Virus record (IMG/VR): IMGVR_UViG_3300037851_000461
Span: 1 to 59,218 of that record
DNA length: 59,218 nt
From: a virus
Taxonomy: Duplodnaviria; Heunggongvirae; Uroviricota; Caudoviricetes
Strand: one strand, 5' to 3'
Below are positions 45,867 through 55,463 of the stretch, one piece after another. The notes under the pieces are model-generated. The model was not told where the DNA came from and did no database searches. It saw only the letters and a program-made list of their open reading frames with translations. The first letter of the stretch is position 1, and each line of letters begins with the position of its first letter. The position numbers and the translations under genes are program-made.

Positions 45867-46486
45867 TCGAACCATCCCTCTTGTGTATTTGCTTTAACGA
45901 GGGCATCAATTTCATCCTTCGTCATGTATTGAACGGTCGGCGTGTCTGCCAACACCTCCAATTTTGCATTTTGTGTTGCCCGCTGTGCGGTGCAGATCGT
46001 GTCATTGTGGTCGCCGCCATGATTGACGAGTAGAATTTCTTCAGTATCCCATCCCTTTCCCATGTGGGCGGTGTTCCAACCAAACGAAATGATGATACAG
46101 TCGGGGGTCGCAAGTTTTCGGAACAGATTTCTACAATCATGTTTCAACTTCGACAACTGTGTGTCTTCGCGGGTAGCCTTTTTTCCCGCCTTTTTGTATG
46201 CCCGAGAAATCTGCACCGGTCCATGTGGAGGATCGAAGATGATTCGGTCAGCCTTGACCTTCTTTTCAACGAGCATGTTAAGGAAATCACGTGCTTCCAT
46301 GTGATACATCGCCGTCGTTTCCGGATCAATATCATTGGTGAGTGTTCCGAACGTCTCGTTCGCAGCAAATGGGTCGATAATCACGTTGCCACCGACCAAC
46401 CATTGTCGCAAAAATTTGCGAACGGGTGGCATTGTAAATGTAGCCTTGTTGGGCCACGCAAATATTCGGTCGATACGCATAATCAA
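45863..46486 (-). CDS. Adenine DNA-methylase-like protein
   Basis: IDPFANE, TNDID, IIFDPPH (DPPY-like motif IV), ISFGWN, NHGG.HND.I. Confidence 0.7.
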   Translation of the reverse strand: MIMRIDRIFAWPNKATFTMPPVRKFLRQWLVGGNVIIDPFAANETFGTLTNDIDPETTAMYHMEARDFLNMLVEKKVKADRIIFDPPHGPVQISRAYKKAGKKATREDTQLSKLKHDCRNLFRKLATPDCIIISFGWNTAHMGKGWDTEEILLVNHGGDHNDTICTAQRATQNAKLEVLADTPTVQYMTKDEIDALVKANTQEGWFE

Positions 46487-46520
46487 GCATTCTTATGCGA
46501 ACACGTGCCAACGTCAAGAT

Positions 46521-46556
46521 AAAAAAAGAAACCCACGGTATGCTACCGTGGGTTTC
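46521..46556 (-). terminator. Intrinsic terminator ending the tail-fibre operon
   Basis: gaaacccacggta-tgc-taccgtgggtttc, U7 on the - strand. Confidence 0.88.
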
Positions 46557-46580
46557 CAAAACAACAGGGTTACGAAATGA

Positions 46581-48590
46581 TTAGGTTCCGGTCTCTGGAC
46601 CGGCTTCCATGTAGAACTGAATTGCGTTGAACTCTGCCGATGTCCACTTAGCAGAACCGCTGTTCTCCTTGGTGTAGATGCTTCGAACGTGGCTTCCTGT
46701 TGAGGTATTCCATGTCGATGCTGTTGTTCCGAGTTGAATGTTGGTGTTGCTATCACGAACACCGATGATGAGCGATGCGGTGTTGTTGCTGGTTGCGTTG
46801 TTGACCTGAACGTTGAGACCTTCGTATGTGAAACCACTGAAGAAACTTCCAGTTGGCTTTGCAATTGTGATGTTGCAAATGTCGCCGGATGCTGTGGCTC
46901 CAGCACGGAGGGAGTCAGGGTTGAGGAGGGCGTTAACCACTCCACGCGACAGCGAACCTTGCATCGAGAATACCTTTTCTTCGTTGGCGTATAGAACTGC
47001 GGCATTTGCATGGCAATATCCACCGTCGAATGCGTTGAAGATTGCGAGCGTTTCGATGCGAGTGTTTGTGAGCGGGTCGAAGATAAACGATTCAACTTCC
47101 GTGAGAACGTAGATTGCGTTTCTTGCTGGAGAGTAAACCATCTTACGAACAGGGCGAATACCACCGGCGATTGAAATCGATGTAGCCACATCGGTCTGTG
47201 GATCGATCTGATAGATCGTTCCGGAGCCGAATGGTGAAACGTCAGGCTTCAATCCGAGGTAAATCTTGTCATTGATCGTCGAATAACACAACGAACCCGT
47301 CTTGTTGGTTCCAACGTTGATGTAAGATTCGACCAACATTGTTTGTGGGTCGATCTTGATCAAAGCAGACGAGTCGAATCTCTGACAGAATGCGTAAATC
47401 TTCTCGTTCGACGGGCAGTAAACCAAGTCGGCTTGGAAGTTCAAGTTGTTCGTATTGTTTTCATTGAACGTGGCGTATGCATTCGACGTTACCGTTGTAA
47501 CGAGAGTGCTTGGATCGTGTTCGATGAAGCGGATCAGTTTGGCAGAATTGTCAACGGTGTATGGATCGTTCAACACTACCAAACTGATGATCTTGGAGGT
47601 CTTATCGACATACAAAGATTTCAGCGTCTTGAAATATGTGTAAGGCGTGTATGTTCCTGTGAACGTGGTGACCGCTGAAGGGGTCTTTGTGGCAGGATTA
47701 AACGTCAAGAACTGCCAGTTGGATGATCCACCGATAACATATACTCTGTCGTTAAATGGGCTGTACACCAATCCGTTGACGGGATCGATTGTGGTCGTGT
47801 TGGAATAACTTTCGGAGTTTGCGTTGGGCTCAATTACAGCAAATCGATTTGCGGTGGATGTTCCGTCGCGATTTACCGTTGAGCACATCATTTCGCCCGT
47901 GCTTGGAACATAAATGAAGTTTCCTTGGTCTTCCCGAATGTAACTCTTTGGGAAGAGAGATGCTACGTTCTGTTGCCAATTTTGCGTCGTGCCGTTTGCA
48001 CGGAGACCACCGACCATACCAAGAACGGCGTTAGGAACACCGTTGTCAATTGATCCAGATGCATCGTTGATTGCGATATCATCAAGAGATGCAATGTTTC
48101 CTTGCAGAGAGTAGAGAACGACATTTGCATCTTGTGCAGAAATCGAGTCGCCGCTCCAAGAAGTGCGAAGGGAATTGAATTCCATCGAAGCGGTTGCAGT
48201 TGGTCCCAAGTCGATCAAGAATCGAACGAGGTTCCAACGATTGTTTTCGATGACGGTGACTTCCTGTGCAACCATCGTCGATCCGGTGACTTTGATCGCC
48301 ATGGAATTACTCGTCTCCATTACCAAGTCAACGTCGCCGAAACTCACCAATGTTGCTGGGTAAACGAGACCACTTGCTGCACGTGTGTAGAAACTACCAC
48401 GAACGGATGAGCCGGATTGAGGAAGAGGTGCTACGATCTGAGCCTGATACGTGCCTGATTGCGCATCGGCAACAAGTGCCGACGTATTGTTGCCAAAACG
48501 ACCGGCACCAAGCCAGATAGAACCACTGACGATGGTGATGCCGCTCGGAACGATGCCGTTTTCAAAACTTAGACGATAGATTGCTGACAT
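46581..48590 (-). CDS. Tail-fibre/receptor-binding-like protein: LamG-like N-domain + inserted beta-propeller
   Basis: MSAIYRLSFE...LDDIAIND; repeats GLVYSP..DRVYV, LVYCP..EKIYA, LCYST..DKIYL, MVYSP..NAIYV; ATATTTATAA at 48609-48617. Confidence 0.65.
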   Translation of the reverse strand: MSAIYRLSFENGIVPSGITIVSGSIWLGAGRFGNNTSALVADAQSGTYQAQIVAPLPQSGSSVRGSFYTRAASGLVYPATLVSFGDVDLVMETSNSMAIKVTGSTMVAQEVTVIENNRWNLVRFLIDLGPTATASMEFNSLRTSWSGDSISAQDANVVLYSLQGNIASLDDIAINDASGSIDNGVPNAVLGMVGGLRANGTTQNWQQNVASLFPKSYIREDQGNFIYVPSTGEMMCSTVNRDGTSTANRFAVIEPNANSESYSNTTTIDPVNGLVYSPFNDRVYVIGGSSNWQFLTFNPATKTPSAVTTFTGTYTPYTYFKTLKSLYVDKTSKIISLVVLNDPYTVDNSAKLIRFIEHDPSTLVTTVTSNAYATFNENNTNNLNFQADLVYCPSNEKIYAFCQRFDSSALIKIDPQTMLVESYINVGTNKTGSLCYSTINDKIYLGLKPDVSPFGSGTIYQIDPQTDVATSISIAGGIRPVRKMVYSPARNAIYVLTEVESFIFDPLTNTRIETLAIFNAFDGGYCHANAAVLYANEEKVFSMQGSLSRGVVNALLNPDSLRAGATASGDICNITIAKPTGSFFSGFTYEGLNVQVNNATSNNTASLIIGVRDSNTNIQLGTTASTWNTSTGSHVRSIYTKENSGSAKWTSAEFNAIQFYMEAGPETGT

Positions 48591-48644
48591 AGAGATTCTC
48601 CTGTGTGTTATAAATATGAACTAAATGACGAAAGGGTGCCGATT

Positions 48645-48941
48645 TTATAGGATATCGGGGTTGAATCCTTCCACCGCTGGGGGATATACAAACGACATTG
48701 CGCCTGCGCCAGAATATGATGCCGATGACCATGTTGAGGATGACACAAAGGCTTGATACTCTTCGTCAGTTTCTAACAAAATGCCCGGAAACTGTGATGG
48801 GGATGGATTTGCCGGGTTCGCAATCCAATCCTTCGCTGCTGCCTCATTGAAATTATACCAATCAATGATGGTTTTGCCGGAACCATATGCTGCCATGTAA
48901 TCCCGAGAAAATTTGTCAAGAATGTTGTGGAATAGTTTCAT
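48645..48941 (-). CDS. Small fibre-associated protein (chaperone-like)
   Basis: 98 aa, located between fibre genes. Confidence 0.45.
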   Translation of the reverse strand: MKLFHNILDKFSRDYMAAYGSGKTIIDWYNFNEAAAKDWIANPANPSPSQFPGILLETDEEYQAFVSSSTWSSASYSGAGAMSFVYPPAVEGFNPDIL

Positions 48942-48945
48942 GTTT

Positions 48946-51003
48946 TTATAGTGTCACGAGTTTTGCAATTCGAATAGAACCGGCACCACCAGAGCCACCG
49001 TTTCTTCCTGCGCCGCCTCCGGTGCCCGGCGAGCCCGTTCCACCGGCTCCACCGTTTGATTGTATGGTACCAAGATTGAATAGATTTCTTCCGTAAAGAA
49101 TGGTGATAGGTCCTCCACCCGAGCCACCACCGCCCCCGCCGCCCGACACACCGCCGCCTGACGCTCCTCCGTTGCCACCAGCAAGACCATTTGCTTGTAT
49201 GGTGCCACCGATATACAAGAAGTTTCCAACAATTAAGTAAATAGTACCTCCAACACCATTGCCTCCGGATTGTGCTCCACCTAGACCGCTTGAAATTCCA
49301 CCGGGGTTTCCTGCTCCACCACCGCCTTGAGGACCAGAACCACCGGGAATATATCCGTTTCCACCTTGGCCAGAGTTTGCTGTTGCATTTCCTCCTAAAA
49401 GAGTTCCGTTGCCGCCGCCACCGGAGCCTCCACCAAAACAACCTCCTGCCGCGCCGTCGCCTGCGAGTGATCCTTGCCCGGAACCTCCTCGGGTACCTCC
49501 GGAACCGCCGCCGCCGCCTTGTCCATTTGTGCCTGCCGAGCCCGGATTGCCCGCTACGCTATCCACACCAGTTCCCCCAGCGGCACCGGTTTGTGGAATT
49601 CCGAACGAAGAAGATACTCCCTGCTGTATTGGCTGGAAAAGTTGTTCTACAGATAGCGTTAGACCGCTATCCAAACTTGCGCTCATGATATTGAATGAGC
49701 CTGTGGTATTCTTGAACATTTTGAACCCACCGGTCAGTGTGCCCAAAGCACCCTTTCCGTTCATGGAAATCACACCATTGATGATGCAATTTTCCTTAAC
49801 GTAGATAACGAGTCCTCGACAGCGATTGGATACCGTAAGCGTTGCACCAGAGTCAAGGGTCAAATTTTGATATTCGAGAACGTAATAATCGCTGTCGTCT
49901 GTAGTTGTGAACGTGACACTGGATGTATATCGAACATTTCCCAAGTTTGCTCTGCCATAGAAGTTAGCATCGACGAATTGACGAGAGTCGATGCCAACTT
50001 TCATAGCAGAATAGTCAGTCAAATTAAACGGAAGACCGTTGTCTTTTCTGAGAATCGATGTAGCATTGCTTGATGGCAATGTGTTTGTGATGTAAGACTG
50101 GTCGTAGTTGAATCTCTGCGATCCTGAAGTAATGTAAGGAGTGAAATATGGATTTCCACCTCCCTGCTTCAACATATCGATTGCATAAAGGTTGATTCCC
50201 TCGAATCCTACCACGTTTGCACTTGCGGTCTGAAGATTGAATCTATCTTCGGTGTAAACACTTGGGCTATATGCATACTGACCGGGATATCCGCCGTTCA
50301 GAACTTCTCTTGCCGAAGCAACGAAATCTGTTGACAGCCACGTACCGAATCCCGGAGCGTCTGCGATTAGAGGAACTCTATCCGCTCGAATTAATGGAGG
50401 ATACGTCGCATCATCTACCGGTCCCCAAGAGCCAGTCGAATTGACGACTGTGATATTGTCGTTTATGGCAATGTCATCGATGTTTAACTGGCATCGGGTG
50501 CCGCCTACTTCACCCAAACCAAATGATATCGATGATGGGTTGAGCGTGGCAAACCCCTGCTGAGAGTTTCCAGAAAACAACATTTGATTTCCATCAACAT
50601 CGAGAACAACCGTTGCCGATGTGTTTACATGTGCTCGGCACTTGATTGGAATGTAAACGTTGGTCGGTAGAACCAATCCAGACGAAGTGAGAAACACATT
50701 GTTTCCAAAAAGGTAAAGTCTGGTCTGACTCGCGGAATATGCCAATCTAACCGGACCGAAATTGATCAAGTCGGTCAGCATTCCGGAAGAACCGGTATTG
50801 ACAATTTTTAGATAGTGAGACGAAAATACGAGACTTGTTGGAATTGGCAGTGCAACATTAACTGCGCCTACACCCGTTCCGGATGGCGAACATGCATAAC
50901 TGCTTCCACCCGCTCTTCCTTGAACGAATGCATATTCCCCACTGAAAGATACTCCAGCGGGTACCTGCTGCCCTTCAAATCCAAATCTGTAGATTGCTGC
51001 CAT
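48946..51003 (-). CDS. Tail-fibre-like protein: LamG-like N-domain + Gly-rich C-terminal domain
   Basis: MAAIYRFGFE...IDDIAIND; GGGGSGG repeats ending GGAGSIRI; ATATTTATAG at 51013-51021. Confidence 0.7.
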   Translation of the reverse strand: MAAIYRFGFEGQQVPAGVSFSGEYAFVQGRAGGSSYACSPSGTGVGAVNVALPIPTSLVFSSHYLKIVNTGSSGMLTDLINFGPVRLAYSASQTRLYLFGNNVFLTSSGLVLPTNVYIPIKCRAHVNTSATVVLDVDGNQMLFSGNSQQGFATLNPSSISFGLGEVGGTRCQLNIDDIAINDNITVVNSTGSWGPVDDATYPPLIRADRVPLIADAPGFGTWLSTDFVASAREVLNGGYPGQYAYSPSVYTEDRFNLQTASANVVGFEGINLYAIDMLKQGGGNPYFTPYITSGSQRFNYDQSYITNTLPSSNATSILRKDNGLPFNLTDYSAMKVGIDSRQFVDANFYGRANLGNVRYTSSVTFTTTDDSDYYVLEYQNLTLDSGATLTVSNRCRGLVIYVKENCIINGVISMNGKGALGTLTGGFKMFKNTTGSFNIMSASLDSGLTLSVEQLFQPIQQGVSSSFGIPQTGAAGGTGVDSVAGNPGSAGTNGQGGGGGSGGTRGGSGQGSLAGDGAAGGCFGGGSGGGGNGTLLGGNATANSGQGGNGYIPGGSGPQGGGGAGNPGGISSGLGGAQSGGNGVGGTIYLIVGNFLYIGGTIQANGLAGGNGGASGGGVSGGGGGGGSGGGPITILYGRNLFNLGTIQSNGGAGGTGSPGTGGGAGRNGGSGGAGSIRIAKLVTL

Positions 51004-51046
51004 AGTTGTTCCTATAAATATCTAAGGTCGTGGGTTTTCTCTTTAT

Positions 51047-53428
51047 TTATGGGTTGGCAAGAACTTTGAAAATACGAATCGAACCAGCACCACCGGGCGC
51101 ACCGTTCGGAGCAGCATCGGCGGAAATGCCACCAAGACCTCCGTTTGCCTGCACCGTTCCGGAGTTGGATAATGACCCGCCATAGAGAATGGTAATGGAG
51201 CCACCGCCAGAGCCGCCACCGGCTGAACCGTTGCCTGCATATGGATTTCCACCGTTAACTCCGTTTGCTGTGATGGTTGCTCCGGAGCGAATCGTTAGAT
51301 TTCCTCCGACAATTAAATAAATGACTCCACCAACACCATCGCCGGTACGATAACCCGTACCACCAACAGCAGAACCGCCCGGATTTCCAGCGCCTCCACC
51401 ACCGGAGAAGGTGAATCCTCCCGTGCCTCCTCCATTTCCTCCTTGACCTGAGTTAGCAACTGCATTTCCTCCGTTGGAGTCTCTTCCAGCACCTCCACCA
51501 CCCGCTCCTCCACCAAAACATCCACCAGCGGCTCCGGAACCACCAGAGCGTCCAGGTCCACCGAAGTTTCCACCAGACCCACCACCGCCACCGCCACCAG
51601 AACCATTGGTTCCAGCGGTACCGGCAACATTTCCAGAACCACCGGCTGCTCCGGTTTGTGGAATGTTGTATGCCGTCAACGAACCAGTTAATTGATTTGT
51701 TTGTTCAATGGTAAGCGTTGAATTGGAAGCAAACGTGTTATACGGAATGACCGATCCCGATGTGTTTTTGTGCATCTGGAATCCGCCTGTCAGAGTTCCG
51801 GATGCTCCGCGTGCAGTCATGGAGATGGAGCCTGAAATTACACAACTTCCACTAACATAGATGATGAGACCTCGTTTTCTGACAGAAGTTGAGAGCGTCA
51901 CTCCACTATTGATCGTGAGATTACCATACTCCACGACCACATAATCTCCGTCAACCGTTCCGTCGCCCACATTTGTATTGGTTGTGTATGTAACGTTTCC
52001 AAGAAGGGCTCTTCCAAAGAAGTTGTTAGATGCATTCACTTCATTGTTGAACGCTGCTTCAACGAGCAGTTGAGATAGGTACGCTTTCGTGAAAAGTAGA
52101 TTCTCCTCGTAACTAACTTCCGATAGAAGTTGCGCCAAGTATGCCATTGCCGCAGTTGAACTTTCTTGAAATGCGATTTCAGGCAGCAAACTTCTCAAGA
52201 ACAGATAACTACCAGATGGAGGATTGAAAAAGAATTGGTTCAAGAAAATCTCGGGAGTAATACAATCGACAACTCTATTCAAATCGATGACCTCACCAAC
52301 GATGATCGATTCATCACGAACAAAATCCACAAATCGTCGCGCAGCCAAAGACTCCGACGACACGATAGATTCCGGGCTGGTGACAAAATCCACAAACGAA
52401 TTCATTACACTCGATGTGGTTGATACCCCCAACTCAACGCGAGCGTGTTCGGTGTGATACTTTCTTTCATCGGCATCCTCTGACAAAGTTTCTTCTATCA
52501 CGGTCTTGTCAACGGTGCGGATGATGGCAGATGCCGTTTCAATGGGAGAAAGATATTGATCGACGTGAAGACCTTCCACGTGTCGGGGATATGCAATCGA
52601 CTCGGTTAAAAGTGATACTTCGTTTGATACAACGTCAACCGATCTATCCAAAACAACCTGTGATGCCGATTGGATCAGTGCAGTTTCATTTTGAATCTGC
52701 TCAACGTGATAAATGTCATCATCGTGGATGGTTATTAGGTTATTTTCGATTCCAATGTTGTCAACCGATAGGGGATATGTAGACTCGTGTTTGGATGCAG
52801 CAGATTCTACCTTAGAAACGTCAGATCGAACATAAAGGTGCTCGGTAATTGGCGAACGAAGCGTCTCGGTCTTGGTTTGGTCGGCACGAACATACAGATT
52901 TGGAGAAATCGGAGAGCGAATTGTCTCCAACTTGGCAACGTCGGCACGAACATACAAATTTGGAGAAACGGGTGCTCTAAATGTCTCAAGTTTGGCTCCC
53001 TCCACACGAGAAACGATTGCGTCGAAGTCTTTCGACGGCATCACTTCGATGAATGTTCTTCCTACTCCATAGTTTTCTGCATCTCTTGGAATGGAAGGCA
53101 TCTCTTCCAGCAAGATTTGATTGACGAATCGGGTCGGAACGGGGATTTCTTCACCCTTCATGACCTCAAACAAGGCTTGGTTGACGAATCGATCAGTTCC
53201 AATTGCAGTGTGAGACGTTAGTGCTTCAATTCCGGCACCATTTGCTACGCTTGAACTAACCGTAAGAGCCTGTCGAGACAATCCGACTTCAGTTCCGGTA
53301 GGACCGACATTCTGTTCGGCTGGGACTGGTACGGGTTTTGCCTCTACAGTTTCTATTCCTACCGTCTCAATGAGCCGGGGAAGGAATTTGTAGGAGCGAA
53401 CATAGAACCATTTGAAACCGCTTGACAT
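51047..53428 (-). CDS. Fibre-like protein with 20-aa repeats and paralogous Gly-rich C-terminal domain
   Basis: SPNLYVRAD repeats; C-terminal ~290 aa collinear with 48946-51003. Confidence 0.65.
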   Translation of the reverse strand: MSSGFKWFYVRSYKFLPRLIETVGIETVEAKPVPVPAEQNVGPTGTEVGLSRQALTVSSSVANGAGIEALTSHTAIGTDRFVNQALFEVMKGEEIPVPTRFVNQILLEEMPSIPRDAENYGVGRTFIEVMPSKDFDAIVSRVEGAKLETFRAPVSPNLYVRADVAKLETIRSPISPNLYVRADQTKTETLRSPITEHLYVRSDVSKVESAASKHESTYPLSVDNIGIENNLITIHDDDIYHVEQIQNETALIQSASQVVLDRSVDVVSNEVSLLTESIAYPRHVEGLHVDQYLSPIETASAIIRTVDKTVIEETLSEDADERKYHTEHARVELGVSTTSSVMNSFVDFVTSPESIVSSESLAARRFVDFVRDESIIVGEVIDLNRVVDCITPEIFLNQFFFNPPSGSYLFLRSLLPEIAFQESSTAAMAYLAQLLSEVSYEENLLFTKAYLSQLLVEAAFNNEVNASNNFFGRALLGNVTYTTNTNVGDGTVDGDYVVVEYGNLTINSGVTLSTSVRKRGLIIYVSGSCVISGSISMTARGASGTLTGGFQMHKNTSGSVIPYNTFASNSTLTIEQTNQLTGSLTAYNIPQTGAAGGSGNVAGTAGTNGSGGGGGGGSGGNFGGPGRSGGSGAAGGCFGGGAGGGGAGRDSNGGNAVANSGQGGNGGGTGGFTFSGGGGAGNPGGSAVGGTGYRTGDGVGGVIYLIVGGNLTIRSGATITANGVNGGNPYAGNGSAGGGSGGGSITILYGGSLSNSGTVQANGGLGGISADAAPNGAPGGAGSIRIFKVLANP

Positions 53429-54351
53429 TAGGCGTTGATTCCATCAACCCTTCTACGGAATAGGAGGGTGAAAGTTAGTCTTTCCGATCCAACCGAAGGA
53501 TTGATTGCCATTTCGACACTACTTCCGGTTTGAACGAATGCTGATGATGTGTTTGACGCGGTTACCATCTGCCCAGCGGATGATGATGCTATGAATGACA
53601 GACCGGCTACGGGAGAACCATTGATTGTTACTGCCAGCGAACTAGAACCAAGCCATGTTGCGGCAAATATTCCGTCAATGTACATTTGGTTTGGAGCATA
53701 ATTGACCAAGTGCATCACGTTTGATGGAACCGGAAATTCGATTTGACCTGAAATCATGTCCTTGAACCACATTTGGGTCGCATCGACAGATTGAGTTATC
53801 GAATAGAAGTTTCCAGTTGCCGGACCGTAAACACTTCCCGAGAACGAGCCTGAATAACTCTGATAGAAACTGTTGGTTATTTCAACGGATTGAGAAACTG
53901 AATAGAAACTTCCTGTGTATGATCCGCCTGTGAAACTTCCCGAGAACGAGCCACTATACTGGTAGAAATATTCTACATTGTAACTGTTTGTGACTTCGAA
54001 TGATTGAGTGACTATGTAGAACGTTCCCGTCATCGGACCGATGAACGTGCTGCCCGAGAAAGAACCCGTGTACTCATTGAAACTCTGTGTGATCGATGCT
54101 CCACCCGCTGAGAATGGCTCGTACGTAGCCATTGGTGGTGCTGATGCCGTAGTCAGTTTGTAATAAACACCATCAGATTGAACGTAAACCAACATACCAA
54201 CACGCTGACGTTGGAGAGGAATCTGAAGCATATCGGCTGACGACGAAACGCTTCGCAAACCGTCAACACCCAACAGTGGGTCGATGACGGCATAAACGTC
54301 CAACGGGCTGTTGGTTGAGAGTAAGCCTGAAATTGGTACTTCGCCTGCCAT
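53428..54351 (-). CDS. Structural protein with three SGSF repeat modules
   Basis: YTGSFSGS, YSGSFSGS (x2); N-terminal GLRSV...GMLVYV...YYKL. Confidence 0.6.
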   Translation of the reverse strand: MAGEVPISGLLSTNSPLDVYAVIDPLLGVDGLRSVSSSADMLQIPLQRQRVGMLVYVQSDGVYYKLTTASAPPMATYEPFSAGGASITQSFNEYTGSFSGSTFIGPMTGTFYIVTQSFEVTNSYNVEYFYQYSGSFSGSFTGGSYTGSFYSVSQSVEITNSFYQSYSGSFSGSVYGPATGNFYSITQSVDATQMWFKDMISGQIEFPVPSNVMHLVNYAPNQMYIDGIFAATWLGSSSLAVTINGSPVAGLSFIASSSAGQMVTASNTSSAFVQTGSSVEMAINPSVGSERLTFTLLFRRRVDGINA

Positions 54352-54353
54352 GG

Positions 54354-55340
54354 TTATGATACGGTCACTGAAATTGCATTACCCACACTTGGAACAGCAG
54401 AGTAATACAGATTGTAGTTTCCTAAGTTGACTGAATACTGGTTGATGAAATTGGAAGTCGTCTGCAAAATGGTTGGATATGTGAGAGCAACTTGCATGAA
54501 CGTTGAGGTTCCGAATCCTGATGGGTATAGCCAGAAGATAAGACCTCCGGGCGACGTGAAACTGCTCAAATCCCACACATTCGTTCCTGTAAACTTTCCA
54601 GAAGCAAGTTCGCTTGTGTCGAGAAGAATTCCCGGCACCATTGCCAATGCTGAATGGTTCGTGACTGCCAAAAGTTGTGGCAAACTGCTTGCGGGGATTC
54701 TTCCTCTGTAGCGGCGTGCTCTCCATGCCACAGTGTAATTGGAAGAGAATGATCCGGAGTTCGTGTTCGTTCCGGAAATTCCAAACGTTTCTGTGGCATT
54801 GATGGTGGTTTTGTTAATTGCGGTCGGAATGTAAATGTTTCGATTTCCCGTATTCAAATTCGGTCCGTCTGGATTTACGGGAAGGTTTGGATTGGAAATA
54901 TAGATCGACGGGTTGGCGACATTTGCTGAATTGCTGGTTGACCATGAGAATGTCTTGGTTCCGGCAACTATTGGATTTCCAACTTCCATGGTAGTCGATT
55001 GACCGACAATGCCAAATGATGTAAACGCTGGGTTCTGATAAGGATAGAACATCGCGTCGAACATTTGTTTAATGCTTCGAGAAACAAATGTGGTTCCCGC
55101 TGAGATACCTCCGACAGAGACCGTTGCCGGGAGAGGGTTGGTATATTTCTCACTCGGGCTTCCGGCGAGAATCCATTGTGATCCGTCGCAGTAATAGAGC
55201 GTTCCGTTGTCTTGGTCCGTAGCCAGATAGAACGAATCATCGTACTGTGCCAAGGAACTTGTGGGGAAATAGATGCCATCTCCACCAATAGGTCTTGCGG
55301 CTAATGAACCACTTAGAAGAATTCTGTTTACTGCGATCAT
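54354..55340 (-). CDS. Structural protein, S/T-rich
   Basis: 328 aa; ATATTTATAA at 55350-55358, 9 nt upstream. Confidence 0.6.
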   Translation of the reverse strand: MIAVNRILLSGSLAARPIGGDGIYFPTSSLAQYDDSFYLATDQDNGTLYYCDGSQWILAGSPSEKYTNPLPATVSVGGISAGTTFVSRSIKQMFDAMFYPYQNPAFTSFGIVGQSTTMEVGNPIVAGTKTFSWSTSNSANVANPSIYISNPNLPVNPDGPNLNTGNRNIYIPTAINKTTINATETFGISGTNTNSGSFSSNYTVAWRARRYRGRIPASSLPQLLAVTNHSALAMVPGILLDTSELASGKFTGTNVWDLSSFTSPGGLIFWLYPSGFGTSTFMQVALTYPTILQTTSNFINQYSVNLGNYNLYYSAVPSVGNAISVTVS

Positions 55341-55403
55341 ACGTCAAGTTATAAATATGACCGGTGCCAACAAATGAGACGACCAAAAGTAAAAAGAGAT
55401 GGA

Positions 55404-55451
55404 TGGTGGAGTTGAAGGGATTGAAATGTGCAGTGAAATCCGATCACCTCC
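55404..55451 (-). other. 48-nt tRNA/tmRNA-end-like remnant ending in CCA
   Basis: GGAGGTG...TTCAATCCCTTCAACTCCACCA; 6/7-bp acceptor-like stem; the 3' part matches 18 of the 23 nt at the tmRNA 3' end. Confidence 0.55.
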
Positions 55452-55463
55452 ATATTTATTCAC

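Noticed and set aside
49000-51700. GCC/CCACC-rich repeats resembling a CRISPR or satellite array
   Set aside because: They are codons for Gly-rich protein segments, with no constant repeat-spacer periodicity.
48946-52050. Diversity-generating retroelement (TR/VR) between the paralogous fibre C-termini
   Set aside because: The nucleotide similarity is only patchy rather than near-identical with A-specific mismatches, and there is no reverse transcriptase in the window.
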